Positions 9,594 to 19,751 of a DNA stretch of 47,353 bases are shown here, one piece after another. The stretch is taken from the NCBI GenBank assembly GCA_046758745.1, contig JBHIAV010000018.1, positions 1 through 47,353 on the forward strand, written 5' to 3'. Within the stretch, counting starts at the first letter, position 1, and every line of letters begins with the position of its first letter. A program made the position numbers and the translations under genes. Under the pieces are notes generated by a model. The model saw only the letters and a list, made by a program, of their open reading frames with translations, was not told the origin of the DNA and made no database searches. The DNA comes from Gemmatimonadota bacterium. Its GTDB lineage: Bacteria > Gemmatimonadota > Gemmatimonadetes > Palauibacterales > Palauibacteraceae.

Positions 9594-10226
9594 TCAGCAG
9601 CTTCGGAGGATCCCGCCGTAGCGGGCCCTCACCCGTACGGCCGCGCGCAGGTCGGCGTACGGGCCAAGGTACACCCGCGTGAGCCCGTCGTCCCCCTCTT
9701 CGGTCCGCGCGCTTTGGCCCTCGGCGCGCAGCTTCCGCGCGAGATCCTCGGCGTTGCGGTTGTCGGAGAAGGCTCCCACCTGGACCCGGCTGCACGCAAG
9801 AAGCCCGGAGGCCTGCGTCACGACGATCCGGACCCGAGCGCTCCCGGCTCCCAGCATGCCGATCTCTCGCGCGGCGGCACGGGAGAGGTCGATGATGCGG
9901 CCACGCGCGAAGGGCCCGCGATCGTTGATGCGCACCTCGGTGGAGCGCCCGGTGTCCAGGTTGGTCACGCGCACGCGGGTATCGAAAGGGAGGGTCCGGT
10001 GCGCGGCGGTCATCGCCTCCATGTCGTACACCTCTCCGGACGCGGTGCGCTTGCCGTCGAAGCCCGGTCCGTACCAGGAGGCCTTCCCCGTCTCTTCCCA
10101 ACCCACCGGCACCGGGGTCATCGGCGGGGAACCCCGGCTGGCGCAGCCGGCCACCGCTGCGGCGGTGACCGCGACGAGCGCGAGACCGCGCGGCCGAGGC
10201 GAGGATCTCCGTATGGATGATACGAT
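9594..10226 (-). CDS. rlpA: RlpA septal lytic transglycosylase lipoprotein with SPOR domain (start uncertain)
   Basis: VAGC lipobox; [34 protein letters not shown]-terminal VQVGAF SPOR domain. Confidence 0.9.
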   Translation of the reverse strand: MVSSIRRSSPRPRGLALVAVTAAAVAGCASRGSPPMTPVPVGWEETGKASWYGPGFDGKRTASGEVYDMEAMTAAHRTLPFDTRVRVTNLDTGRSTEVRINDRGPFARGRIIDLSRAAAREIGMLGAGSARVRIVVTQASGLLACSRVQVGAFSDNRNAEDLARKLRAEGQSARTEEGDDGLTRVYLGPYADLRAAVRVRARYGGILRSC

Positions 10227-10416
10227 GGCGTACCGCTCCGCCGCGCGGGATGGCCTTGACGTTCCGCCCTTCCGAACCGCGGCCTGAGTAGAAGCCGTAG
10301 CCGACGGGTCCGCAACCCCGCAGCCTTTCGGGCGCCGCCGAGCCGAGCCATCTTGGGGTCCCCCACGACGCGACGGGGGTGCGGCGGACCCAGCAGGGAG
10401 AACGAGGGACGGGCGT

Positions 10417-12732
10417 ATGGCGACATCGGCGAATCTCGGGTTCCCCCGGATCGGGGCGAACCGGGAGCTCAAAAAGGCTACGGAGGCGTTCTGGGACGAC
10501 GGGATTCCGGCGGAGCAACTGCTCACGACGGCATCGCGGTTGCGTGCGGCTGCGTGGACGCTACAGCGAGACGCCGGGCTCACGCACATCCCGTCGAACG
10601 ACTTCTCGCTGTACGACCACGTGTTGGACGTCGTCGCCCTGCTCGGGGCGGTTCCCGACCGCTATGGGTGGGACGGCGGCGACGTGAACCTCGACACCTA
10701 CTTCGCCATGGCCCGCGGGAGCCAGAGCGGCAGGCTCGACGTGCCGGCGATGGAGATGACGAAGTGGTTCGACACGAACTATCATTACATCGTTCCAGAG
10801 TTCGGAGCGGATCAGACCTTCCATCTCGCCTCGTCGAAGCCCTTCGACGAGTACGCGGAGGCACGCTCGCTCGGCATCGAGACTAGGCCCGTTCTCCTGG
10901 GGCCGGTGAGCTTTCTCCTTCTCGGCAAGTCGACCGCGAGGGCGTTCGACCCCCTCGCCACCCACCTGGATGCCGTCGTGGAGGTGTACGCGGAGGTCGT
11001 CCGCCGGCTTGCGGCCATGGGGGCGGCGTGGATCCAGATCGACGAGCCGTGCTTCGTCGAGGATCGGAGCCCGGCCGAGATCGCCGCCCTCGAGAAGGCG
11101 TACCCTCGCCTCGCCGAGGCAGCGGGCGCGACCAAGCTGCTCATCCAGACTTATTTCGGTCATGTGGGGAACGCCTATTCCGCCCTGGCGGCGCTCCCCG
11201 TAGGGGGACTCGGCTTCGACTTCGTGCGGGGCGGCGCGAATCTCCGCAAGATCGAGGAGCACGGGTTTCCGAGGTCCATGCACCTCTCGGCCGGCGTGGT
11301 GGACGGCCGCAACGTGTGGATCAACAACCTCGAAGCCTCCCTCAAGCTGCTGGACGGACTCACGCAGCTCGTGGATGAAGATCGGTTGATCGTCGCACCC
11401 TCCTGCTCTCTCCTGCATGTGCCCCTCGACTCGGAGCGGGAGACGGGGCTGGACCACGAGCTGAGATCCTGGCTCGCGTTCGCGCGGCAGAAGCTCGACG
11501 AGATCGTCACCCTCTGCCGGGGCCTCGGCGCCGGTCGCAGCGCCATCTCGGAGCGGCTGGACGTCAACCGCGCCGCGCTCGCCTCCCGTGCCGCGTCGGA
11601 GCGCACGCACGACGCCGAGGTGCGCGAGCGGCTGGCGGGTCTCGACCCCCTGCGCAGCCGGCGGTCGGTTCCCTTCTCCGAGCGCGTGGAGGCGCAGCGG
11701 GAGCGGCTGAAGCTTCCGCCCTTGCCCACCACGACGATCGGCTCCTTTCCCCAGCACCCGGAGCTGCGGCGACAACGGCGGCGGCACCGGGCCGGGGAGA
11801 TCGGTCGGGAGGAGTACGAGGAATTCCTCGGCCGGGAGATCCACCGCGCGATCGAGGCGCAGGAGGAGGTGGGCCTGGACGTTCTGGTGCACGGCGAGCC
11901 CGAGCGCAACGACATGATCGAGTACTTCGCCGAGCAGCTCGAGGGGTACGCATTCACCCGTCACGCGTGGGTGCAGTCGTACGGCTCCCGCTACGTGAAA
12001 CCCCCCATCCTGTATGGCGACGTGCGTCGCCCGCGCCCGATGACCGTGCACTGGTGGCGATACGCGCAGTCGTGCACCGAACGGCCGGTAAAGGGAATGC
12101 TGACCGGGCCGGTCACCATGCTCCAGTGGTCGTTCGTGCGCGACGACCAGCCGCGCTCGGAGAGCTGCTTCCAGCTGGCGCTGGCCGTGCGCGACGAGGT
12201 GCGGGATCTCGAGGAGGCGGGCGCGACGATCGTCCAGGTGGACGAGCCGGCCCTGCGCGAGGGCCTGCCGCTGCGTGGGGAAGAGCGGGACGAATACCTC
12301 GAGTGGGCGGTAGCCGCATTCCGACTGGCGACCTCGGGCGTCCGACCGGAGACCCAGATCCAGACCCACATGTGCTACGCCGAGTTCAACGACATCATCG
12401 AGCATATCGACCGCATGGACGCCGACGTGCTCCTCATCGAGAACGCGCGGTCGGACGAGGTTCTCCTCGAGGTGTTTCGAGAGTACCGGTACGGGCGCGA
12501 CATCGGTCCCGGCGTGTACGACATTCACTCGCCGCGCGTTCCGCCCACCTCCGAAATGGCGGGCCGGATCCGCGCGTCCCTCAAGGTGCTGCCGGCCGAT
12601 CGGCTGTGGGTGAACCCGGACTGCGGGCTCAAGACGCGGCGATACGGGGAGGTGATTCCGGCTCTCGGCAACATGGTGAAGGCGGCACACCTCGTCCGGG
12701 AGGAAGTCGCGGCGCAGGCCGGCGCGGGCTGA
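10417..12732 (+). CDS. metE: Cobalamin-independent methionine synthase
   Basis: [28 protein letters not shown], Zn ligands HMC and NPDCG; 771 aa. Confidence 0.98.
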   Translation: MATSANLGFPRIGANRELKKATEAFWDDGIPAEQLLTTASRLRAAAWTLQRDAGLTHIPSNDFSLYDHVLDVVALLGAVPDRYGWDGGDVNLDTYFAMARGSQSGRLDVPAMEMTKWFDTNYHYIVPEFGADQTFHLASSKPFDEYAEARSLGIETRPVLLGPVSFLLLGKSTARAFDPLATHLDAVVEVYAEVVRRLAAMGAAWIQIDEPCFVEDRSPAEIAALEKAYPRLAEAAGATKLLIQTYFGHVGNAYSALAALPVGGLGFDFVRGGANLRKIEEHGFPRSMHLSAGVVDGRNVWINNLEASLKLLDGLTQLVDEDRLIVAPSCSLLHVPLDSERETGLDHELRSWLAFARQKLDEIVTLCRGLGAGRSAISERLDVNRAALASRAASERTHDAEVRERLAGLDPLRSRRSVPFSERVEAQRERLKLPPLPTTTIGSFPQHPELRRQRRRHRAGEIGREEYEEFLGREIHRAIEAQEEVGLDVLVHGEPERNDMIEYFAEQLEGYAFTRHAWVQSYGSRYVKPPILYGDVRRPRPMTVHWWRYAQSCTERPVKGMLTGPVTMLQWSFVRDDQPRSESCFQLALAVRDEVRDLEEAGATIVQVDEPALREGLPLRGEERDEYLEWAVAAFRLATSGVRPETQIQTHMCYAEFNDIIEHIDRMDADVLLIENARSDEVLLEVFREYRYGRDIGPGVYDIHSPRVPPTSEMAGRIRASLKVLPADRLWVNPDCGLKTRRYGEVIPALGNMVKAAHLVREEVAAQAGAG

Positions 12733-12733
12733 G

Positions 12734-13741
12734 GTGGACCCGACAGAACAGACGGGGTTGGGCGGGCGGCTGGGCCTGCGTGCGCTGGACTATCCGATCC
12801 CGAAGGCGGCCAACCGCTGGGCCTACATGCTGGGGGGGCTGACCGCCTTCTTCGTCGTCCTGCTGCTCGTCACAGGCCTCTACCTGGGTCAGTTCTACAA
12901 CCCGAACCCGATCGGCGCTCACGACAGCGTGCTGTACATCACCGCCCGGGCGCCCTTCGGCGACTGGGTGCGGAGCCTCCACTACTGGTCGGCCGGCGCG
13001 GTCACCGTGAGCGTCGCCTGTCATCTCTCCTACGTCTTCTGGCGTCGCTCCTACCGGAAGCCGCGAGAGCTGACCTGGTGGGCCGGCGTGAGCATGGTCG
13101 GCCTTCTCTTCCTCCTCATCGTCACCGGGACCGCGTTGAGGTACGACCAGGAGGGCTTCGAGGCGCTTGCGCACTTCGTCACCGGAGGAGAGCTGACGGG
13201 CACGCTCGGGACCTTCTTCACGCACGAGTTCACCCGAAGCACCACGCTCCTCTCGCGCATCTTCAGCCTGCACACGAGCCTTCTGCCCCTTCTCCTCGTG
13301 GCGCTCATGGCGGGGCACTTCTGGCTCATCCGACATCTGGGGGTTCACGCGGATTACGCCGAGACGGTCCCGTTCCGGACGCATGCGAGGCGGTTGGTCG
13401 GAGCCAGCCTGCTCGCCCTGGCAGCCGTGGGGTCGCTGGCCGCCCTGGCGCCCCAGGACCTCGGTTATCCCCCGGTGGCCGGGGTGGAGGTCACGAAGCC
13501 GTTCTGGCCCGTGCTGTGGGTATACGGGCTGGAGAACCTGCTCGGCGTGTGGGGTATGGTCGTCGGGCCGGCGGCGCTCTTCGCCTTCCTGATGGCCGTT
13601 CCGCTGCTGGATCGGAGGCCGGACGACATTCCCGGGGGGCACGGCTGGTTGCGGTGGGTGACGCTCCTCGTCGGATTGTCGGTGCTGGCACTCTGGCTGT
13701 ACGGCGCGTTCGGACCGATGCAACAGCATCTCGGTCGGTGA
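12734..13741 (+). CDS. Cytochrome b/b6-family membrane protein (atypical, no Rieske or c1 neighbour)
   Basis: Four heme His (SLHYW, ACHL, SLHT, AGHF) and YRKPRELTW; PEWY position reads PFWP. Confidence 0.85.
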   Translation: MDPTEQTGLGGRLGLRALDYPIPKAANRWAYMLGGLTAFFVVLLLVTGLYLGQFYNPNPIGAHDSVLYITARAPFGDWVRSLHYWSAGAVTVSVACHLSYVFWRRSYRKPRELTWWAGVSMVGLLFLLIVTGTALRYDQEGFEALAHFVTGGELTGTLGTFFTHEFTRSTTLLSRIFSLHTSLLPLLLVALMAGHFWLIRHLGVHADYAETVPFRTHARRLVGASLLALAAVGSLAALAPQDLGYPPVAGVEVTKPFWPVLWVYGLENLLGVWGMVVGPAALFAFLMAVPLLDRRPDDIPGGHGWLRWVTLLVGLSVLALWLYGAFGPMQQHLGR

Positions 13742-13804
13742 TGGGTCCCCGCGGGCGTCGGTGATGCGTCCCAGCCGGGAGAGGAGGGGAAGGAAGGTGA
13801 TGAG

Positions 13805-14377
13805 ATGAAGGGAGCGATCGTCCTGGCATCGCTGATAACGATTCGGGCCGTGCCGATCGCGGCACCGGTCCATGAGGAGGCGGTGCTCGAGAGCCCGCAG
13901 TCCTCCGTTGCGGCGGGCGACACCCTGGCGCTGCAAGGGAGCGATTTCGCCGAAGAAGAGGGCTACAAGCTGCGGCTGGTCGGAGCCCTACGCGAATACG
14001 AGCTGCGCGAGGTCAAGGCCGATGCGGAAGGGAAGTTCTCCCTCGATCTCGCCATGCCACGCAGCGTGACGGCCGGTCAGTATCAGCTCGTGGCCGTCGC
14101 CTCCGACGGCGACGTGGTCGCGAGGCTCGACATCACGGTGCTCGCGTCGAGACCCGCCGACGTCGAGGCCACCCGGAGCGAGCCGGCGGCCAGCGAGGAT
14201 ACGGAGCACGGCGGCGGCGCGGCCCTCGCACGATCCGACGACATCCGGATCGAGCGAGACCGGAGCGGCCTCGAGTGGGGCGTCATCGGCCTCCTCATCG
14301 GCGGCGCGGCAGGGCTCGGCGCGGGCATGCTCCGCTCGCGAAGTCGGGAAAGCGTGGGGGACGCCGCGACCGACTGA
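13805..14377 (+). CDS. Exported, C-terminally membrane-anchored hypothetical protein
   Basis: N-terminal signal peptide, beta-rich core, C-terminal WGVIGLLIGGAAGLGAGML + RSRSR. Confidence 0.75.
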   Translation: MKGAIVLASLITIRAVPIAAPVHEEAVLESPQSSVAAGDTLALQGSDFAEEEGYKLRLVGALREYELREVKADAEGKFSLDLAMPRSVTAGQYQLVAVASDGDVVARLDITVLASRPADVEATRSEPAASEDTEHGGGAALARSDDIRIERDRSGLEWGVIGLLIGGAAGLGAGMLRSRSRESVGDAATD

Positions 14378-14407
14378 CGGGCCGGCATCTCGAGGCACCA
14401 TGGCAGG

Positions 14408-14469
14408 CCGAGCGGGTTCGCGATCCCTCGGCGCGGGCAATCCGAGCGGGTTCGCGATCCCCTCGGCGC
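14408..14469. repeat. Tandem pair of REP-like palindromic repeats
   Basis: CCGAGCGGGTTCGCGATCCC(C)TCGGCGC at 14408-14434 and 14442-14469, each closed by CCGAG/CTCGG, between convergent genes. Confidence 0.8.
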
Positions 14470-14482
14470 CGGAGCGGCCTCG

Positions 14483-16456
14483 CTAACTCCCCTCGGCGTA
14501 GGCGATCCCGAGCGCGTAGCTCCCGGCCGGCACAGACCACAGCACGCGGCCCTCGGTGAGATCCACCGCCACGACGCGCGCCTCGCCGTCGACCGTCCCC
14601 TCGCAGGCCACGAACGCCGTGCGGCCGGCCGAATCGAGGACGACCCCGTGCGGGTGGTCGGCGTCGATCGGCACGCGAGCGCGCTCCTGCATCTTCGAGA
14701 CCGATACCACGGAGACGGAACGCTCCCGCCGGTTCGCCACCGCGAGAGTCCGCCCGTCCGGGGTCAGCGCGATCTGGGCCGGACCCGCTCCGACGTGCGC
14801 CGTGCCGATGATGCGGCCCCGTCCGTCGAAGGCCCGCACCGCGGCCGCCTCGTGGAGCGCCACGTAGAGCGCCTCACCGTCGGGGGACCACAGGAGGTTG
14901 AGGGGACGAAAGCGCGGAGAACCGGCCGGGCCGGATTCCGGATCCACGGGAAACCGCCCCATCTGCTCGAGCGACGAAGCGTCGAGGAGGACGACCTCAT
15001 CGGCCAGGCTGCAGGCGACCGCCACGCGGCGGCCGGCAGGGTCCACGGCGGCGTCGTGCGGTCCCGCACACACGATCGGCGCTGCGGTGACGGAGAGATC
15101 GGCGAGCTCCACGACCGCCACTCGACCCGGCGCCGTGGGAACGGCACGTTGGTAGTCGGGGATGAACGCCCGCCGCCCGTCCGGCGTGATCCCGATCCGG
15201 GCGGCGCCGGCGGTACCGAGCGAGACACGGCCCACCAGCCTGTCGCCCGGCAGCTCGAACTTCCACAGCGTCGGATCGCCGTGCGACAGCGTGGCATACC
15301 AGTGGTCGCCGGCCGGACTGACCGCCACTCCATGCGGCTCGTCGAGCTCACCGCGCCGCCGATCGAGGGCGAAGCGCGCCGCGATCCGACCGTCGCGTGC
15401 ATCCAGCCGAAGCACCTCATCGGTGAGCCCCGAGGTTACGTACAGCCTGCCCGGACCGGCGTCGGCCTCCTCCTCCGATCTTTCGCGGCCGTCCTCCGCG
15501 GTTCTCACGAAGGAGGACGCGGCCGCGGTCCCCCCGGGATCCCCACCCTCCCGCGCCCCCGCCCCGCTCCCGAGAGCGTACCTCCGGAGTAGGTACTCCT
15601 CGGCCGCCCGCCGCTCCCGCTCGCCCAGGGCGCGGTTGTAGATGAGGAGCTCCGCCAACTCGCCCTCGAAGAAGTCGCCCGTCGGCACCCCCTGGCGAAC
15701 GCCGTCGTGGTAGTACGTGTCCTCGTTGATCGCGCCGATCCCGATGTCCTCGTGGTGGAGGAAGACGCGGCCCACGCCGGTGGCGGTCCCCACTTCCCGG
15801 CCGTCGAGGAAGCCCACGAGGCGACCGCGGGGCTGGTCGAACAGCATCGTCGCCGCGTACGCCGCGCCGGGTCGAACGGGCGCCGTCACGCTCGCCGGGC
15901 CGAACGGCGTCGTCGCCCCGCGGTCGTCGTTCCACACGTTGAAGGCGCCGAGATAAAGCCTCCCGCCGTCGAGATACAGGTTGAACCCGCGGAGATCACC
16001 TCCCGCCTCGAAGAGCATCTGGCGGCGCTCCACGTCCTCCCCGGTTCGGAAGACAAGGAGGATCGTGCGCCCCGTGTAGGGGCCGCCCAGGTTCAGCTCC
16101 TCGGAGTCCGCGATGCCGAGAAGGTCGTCCCGGCCATCGAAGTCCACGAGCGGTCGGCCGTTGAGCCCATGGGCACCGGAACGCCAGGCGGGCCTCCGGT
16201 CGGGCGCCGGGTCCGTCGCCGGAACCCCGGGCGGATACGGTACCGGTGCGGCATGGTTCTGGTGGCCCGAGACATCGCGCCACTCGGCCACCGCGAACCC
16301 GACGCCGCTTCGCTCCTCTGTCCGAACGGCGGTGTCGGCCCGGAGCCACAGGACGGGGTCCGGCGGAGGCGTGGACTCGGATCCGCAGGCCGCCAGCAGG
16401 ACGACCGCGGAGATCCGTCTCGCTGCGGCCCGCCGCGGGGGAAGCGTCCGTTGCAT
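14483..16456 (-). CDS. Lipoprotein with LamG/ConA-like domain fused to a YVTN-type beta-propeller
   Basis: LAAC lipobox; LWLRAD, WRDVSG..NHA, FDG.DD, FEGELAELLIYNRAL; then repeated PH.VA.SPDG/TPDG blades. Confidence 0.8.
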   Translation of the reverse strand: MQRTLPPRRAAARRISAVVLLAACGSESTPPPDPVLWLRADTAVRTEERSGVGFAVAEWRDVSGHQNHAAPVPYPPGVPATDPAPDRRPAWRSGAHGLNGRPLVDFDGRDDLLGIADSEELNLGGPYTGRTILLVFRTGEDVERRQMLFEAGGDLRGFNLYLDGGRLYLGAFNVWNDDRGATTPFGPASVTAPVRPGAAYAATMLFDQPRGRLVGFLDGREVGTATGVGRVFLHHEDIGIGAINEDTYYHDGVRQGVPTGDFFEGELAELLIYNRALGERERRAAEEYLLRRYALGSGAGAREGGDPGGTAAASSFVRTAEDGRERSEEEADAGPGRLYVTSGLTDEVLRLDARDGRIAARFALDRRRGELDEPHGVAVSPAGDHWYATLSHGDPTLWKFELPGDRLVGRVSLGTAGAARIGITPDGRRAFIPDYQRAVPTAPGRVAVVELADLSVTAAPIVCAGPHDAAVDPAGRRVAVACSLADEVVLLDASSLEQMGRFPVDPESGPAGSPRFRPLNLLWSPDGEALYVALHEAAAVRAFDGRGRIIGTAHVGAGPAQIALTPDGRTLAVANRRERSVSVVSVSKMQERARVPIDADHPHGVVLDSAGRTAFVACEGTVDGEARVVAVDLTEGRVLWSVPAGSYALGIAYAEGS

Positions 16457-16522
16457 GCGAGAAACCTCGCCCCGCCGCCCCCCGCCCGAAAGTCGTGCCG
16501 GGCGACGGCGGCTACCCGGCGC

Positions 16523-18385
16523 TCAGAACGTCGGCTGAAGCACCCAGAGCCCGGTGTTGAGGTCCGAGACGTAGATGAGGCCACCCTCGAGCTGGGGCGC
16601 CCAGGTGCACGTCCCCGCGCCGCCGAAGCAGAAGGCTCCGGACCCGTACTGCACGGACGCGATCTCCCGTCCCTGACGCTCGAGCTGTCCGAGCAGCTCG
16701 CCCGTCACGTCGAGGGCGCGCAGTCCCATGCGATACCAAGCCAGATACAGGATGCCGCGCGCCTCGTCGAGCCAGAAGTTGTGCGGAGTGTCGCCGGGGA
16801 CGCGGAAGCTCGCTACCTCCGTCGGGTTTCGAAGGTCTTGCGCGTCCACCACGTGCATGATGCCCGGGGTGGCGAAGTCCTCTTCTCCGACGAACACGTA
16901 GCCCGCCTCCGGCCAGTACCATGCGTTGTGCGTCTGTCCCCCGAACGTCGGCACGCGCCCCACCTCGCGCGGACTGTGGGGGGAGCCGCCTGCGATGCCG
17001 CTCCCGACGTCCATGATCACCAGCCCCGCGTCCCAGTGCGACAGGAATGCGAGCCCGTCGCGAACGTACACGTCGTGCAGGAAGCTGGATCCGGCGTAGA
17101 AGCTGCTCACGATCCGGGGACCGGCCGGGTCCGAGACGTCGATGACGCGGAGGCCGCTGACGGGCGAGCTCCCGTCCACCACGGCATACAGGAAGCTCCC
17201 GTCGATCCACGTGTTGTGGATCCCAGGCGTGAGGTCGGCGGCCGTGAGGCGGGTGATCACCGTCGGATGGTGCGGATCGCTCGTGTCGAGCAGCGTGATG
17301 CCGTTCCGGCCGTCGTTCGAGACTTCGTGGGTCAGAACGGCGAGCGTCCCGTCGGCCCGGATCTTCACATCGTTCACCACCCGGGCATCCACCGAGACCG
17401 AGTCCGCAAGGGCGGGCGCTGCCGGATCGGTGATGTCCCACGCGAAGAGCCGATTCCCCAGCTGCGACGTCCCGCCCTCGGCGCGGCTTCCCCAGGTGCC
17501 GGTGTAGGCCACGTTGCCGTGCACCCACAGGTCGGAGGTGAAGCGGGCCGTCTGTTCCCCGTGACCGACCACCTGGAAGGCTCCGCCTTCGACCCCCCGA
17601 GGGACAACGTCGATGGCCGCTTCGTCGGAAGCCGCGCCGGAAAAGACGGTGACGGTGACCGGCCCCGGTTCGTAGCCGACGAACCGGCCGTCGGATCGGA
17701 TGAGGCCCGCCGACGCCGGCGTCAGGATCCAGTTGAGGGGCGGGGAGGCGATCACCTCGCCCGCGCTGTCGCGCGCCACCGCCACCCACTGCACCACATC
17801 TCCCTGGCGAAGCGGCCCCGCGACGGGGGTGAGCTCCACCGCCGCGACCGGCGAGCCCGGCGTGACGCTCACCGAGAAGCGAAGGGCCAGGCTGGCGAGG
17901 CCCTGCGCGCCGACCCGCGCCTCCAGCGACACCCGAAAGGCGCCGGGCGGCGTGCCGACGGGAAGGTCGATCGAGAGCGACACCGCCCGCGCGGCATCCG
18001 GGGCCAGCGTTGAGATCTCGCTCGGGCTCACCTGGAGGCCGGCCCCGAACAGCTCGATCCCGGCCTCCGTCTGCACCGGACCGCCGATCAGCTCGATCGG
18101 CCCAACCGTCAGGTCGCCCGTGTTGCGGAGCTCGACGGTGGCCTGTGTGGCTTCACCGAGGTCGATGGACGCGGGCTGAAACGCGAGGCGCTCGACTCCC
18201 GACCCGCCGGAGGGGCCATCGTCTCCGCATCCGGAAAGAGCCGCGGCCCCGGCCAGCAGCGCCGACACCGCCCATTCCCGGCAACGTCCCGACCCGCCGT
18301 GCCACGCTGGTGCGCGAGCACCTCTCGCCAAGAAGCCCTCCAAGGCACGCGTCCCTGGTTCTCGCCGGGCGCGACGGCCCCGCAC
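16523..18385 (-). CDS. LVIVD-repeat lipoprotein with Ig-like domains (start uncertain)
   Basis: LSGC lipobox; repeats GLRVIDVSDP, GLVIMDV, GLRALDV; HDVYV, HNAW, HNFW. Confidence 0.82.
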   Translation of the reverse strand: MRGRRARREPGTRALEGFLARGARAPAWHGGSGRCREWAVSALLAGAAALSGCGDDGPSGGSGVERLAFQPASIDLGEATQATVELRNTGDLTVGPIELIGGPVQTEAGIELFGAGLQVSPSEISTLAPDAARAVSLSIDLPVGTPPGAFRVSLEARVGAQGLASLALRFSVSVTPGSPVAAVELTPVAGPLRQGDVVQWVAVARDSAGEVIASPPLNWILTPASAGLIRSDGRFVGYEPGPVTVTVFSGAASDEAAIDVVPRGVEGGAFQVVGHGEQTARFTSDLWVHGNVAYTGTWGSRAEGGTSQLGNRLFAWDITDPAAPALADSVSVDARVVNDVKIRADGTLAVLTHEVSNDGRNGITLLDTSDPHHPTVITRLTAADLTPGIHNTWIDGSFLYAVVDGSSPVSGLRVIDVSDPAGPRIVSSFYAGSSFLHDVYVRDGLAFLSHWDAGLVIMDVGSGIAGGSPHSPREVGRVPTFGGQTHNAWYWPEAGYVFVGEEDFATPGIMHVVDAQDLRNPTEVASFRVPGDTPHNFWLDEARGILYLAWYRMGLRALDVTGELLGQLERQGREIASVQYGSGAFCFGGAGTCTWAPQLEGGLIYVSDLNTGLWVLQPTF

Positions 18386-18549
18386 TGCGAAACGTCCCGC
18401 CTTCTAACCCGACCGGAAGGGACCGTTCCACGCACGAACGGTGCATCCACGCCGACGCTCTCCGGGGAGGGGGAGGAGATGGAAGAATCCGGGACCGGAT
18501 CGGCGGGATCCGGTCCCGGAAGGAGGAGTCCGGCTACGTCGGGCGACGG

Positions 18550-19308
18550 TTAGACCGGGTAGAAGCGAAGCTGCAGCAGCTTCAGCCCGTTGTTGTCGTA
18601 ATCCCAGAAGTAGCCCTGGAAGCAGGGATCGAAGAGCCCCGTGGTGACCTCCACGGCGGGATCATCGAAATCGGGCGTATCCGCGATGCCGAAGCAGGCC
18701 GCCAGATCCGGATCGTCCTCCGGATCGATGAGGTACGTCCCGGAGAGCAGCTCGCTCGAGACGTTCTCGAAGCTCTGCTTCCCCTTCGTGCGCAGGGCGA
18801 CCCAGTTGTAGATGGAGCAGTAGATCTCGCCCGTGGCGTCGATGGCGCACGTCGTCGTCGTCGACGAGCCGCCGGGCTTGCCCAGCGCCCGTGCCCACAC
18901 CTCGTACTCGTACGAGACGTCCGGGGGCAGGGAGAAGACGGCCCCGTCCTGGTCCGTGGCGTTCGCGTCGAGCACGCCGAAGTCACCGGGGGTCAGGTAG
19001 ATCTTGTTCTTCTTGGCGACGGTGCTCCAGTTCTGGCTGCCGTCATTGGACCACAGCGCGACGAAGATCCGATTCCCGATCCCGTCGGAGCTCGTGGCGT
19101 CCATATCGGCCGTCTTGTCCTTCTGGACGCCGATGATGTTGAGGTTGTAGTGCTTTCCGGTCGGGGCGCCGTTTCCCTTGCCGCCCTTTCCGAAGGAGGC
19201 GGCCGTCGCGTCGGCCGTGGGAGCGGTCGTGTCCTGCTCACAGCCCGCGAGCGCCACGACGGCGAGCGCGGCCGCGATACAGGCCGTCCATCGATACGAG
19301 GGTTTCAT
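18550..19308 (-). CDS. Hypothetical lipoprotein
   Basis: GAGG RBS, ATG 19308, LAGC lipobox; GNGAPTGKHYNLNIIGV and terminal YFWDYDNNGLKLLQLRFYP. Confidence 0.8.
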   Translation of the reverse strand: MKPSYRWTACIAAALAVVALAGCEQDTTAPTADATAASFGKGGKGNGAPTGKHYNLNIIGVQKDKTADMDATSSDGIGNRIFVALWSNDGSQNWSTVAKKNKIYLTPGDFGVLDANATDQDGAVFSLPPDVSYEYEVWARALGKPGGSSTTTTCAIDATGEIYCSIYNWVALRTKGKQSFENVSSELLSGTYLIDPEDDPDLAACFGIADTPDFDDPAVEVTTGLFDPCFQGYFWDYDNNGLKLLQLRFYPV

Positions 19309-19386
19309 GAAACAGCCTCTCCGAAAAAAGGTGGATCCCATCCCCGTCATGGCGTCGGGGCAGCCGTGATTCCCGGCTTACCAGGA

Positions 19387-19402
19387 AGCCAGCCGCGTGC
19401 CA
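19387..19402 (-). promoter_or_regulatory. Candidate sigma-54 promoter
   Basis: Minus strand TGGCACGCGGCTGGCT, one mismatch to TGGCACG-N4-TTGCW, ~80 nt upstream of ATG 19308. Confidence 0.55.
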
Positions 19403-19751
19403 CATCTTTCGGGCGCGCCGTATCGCGTTGCCGGAAGGGGAGATGCCGGATCTCTTGCCGGGTGATCTTCCGCGCGGAAACGGGGGACCTGTCGCTCGTC
19501 TCCTACAGTGCGCCGTGCCCTCTCCGGGCGGCATCGCCACAGCGCGCCACGCCGGCGCGCAGAGGCAGCCGGAGTCGGCGAACCCGCGACCGCCGGCGGC
19601 GCGCGGGGGGCCCACTGGCCGCCTGCACCGCTGCCCCGATGCCGGGACGCAACCTTCGCGAAACGGAGGTGTTTCAGTGGTCGAGTGGGCCCGCGGCGCG
19701 GCCCGCGGGCTGCCAGGGAAGACAACGCCGGATACCCATGAGGAGGCAGCC

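Noticed and set aside
10230-10416. Known SAM-I/II, SAH or cobalamin riboswitch before metE
   Set aside because: Signature sequences not found by eye; kept only as an unclassified structure
4380-12690. Long antisense ORFs (4380..5861, 5874..7301, 10561..12690; likewise 15707..18013, 21882..24026, 44471..46027)
   Set aside because: Shadow frames of well-supported genes, expected in high-GC DNA; no motifs
9519-14469. Short repeats at 9519 and 14408 as CRISPR arrays
   Set aside because: Only two units each, 4-7-nt spacers, no cas genes
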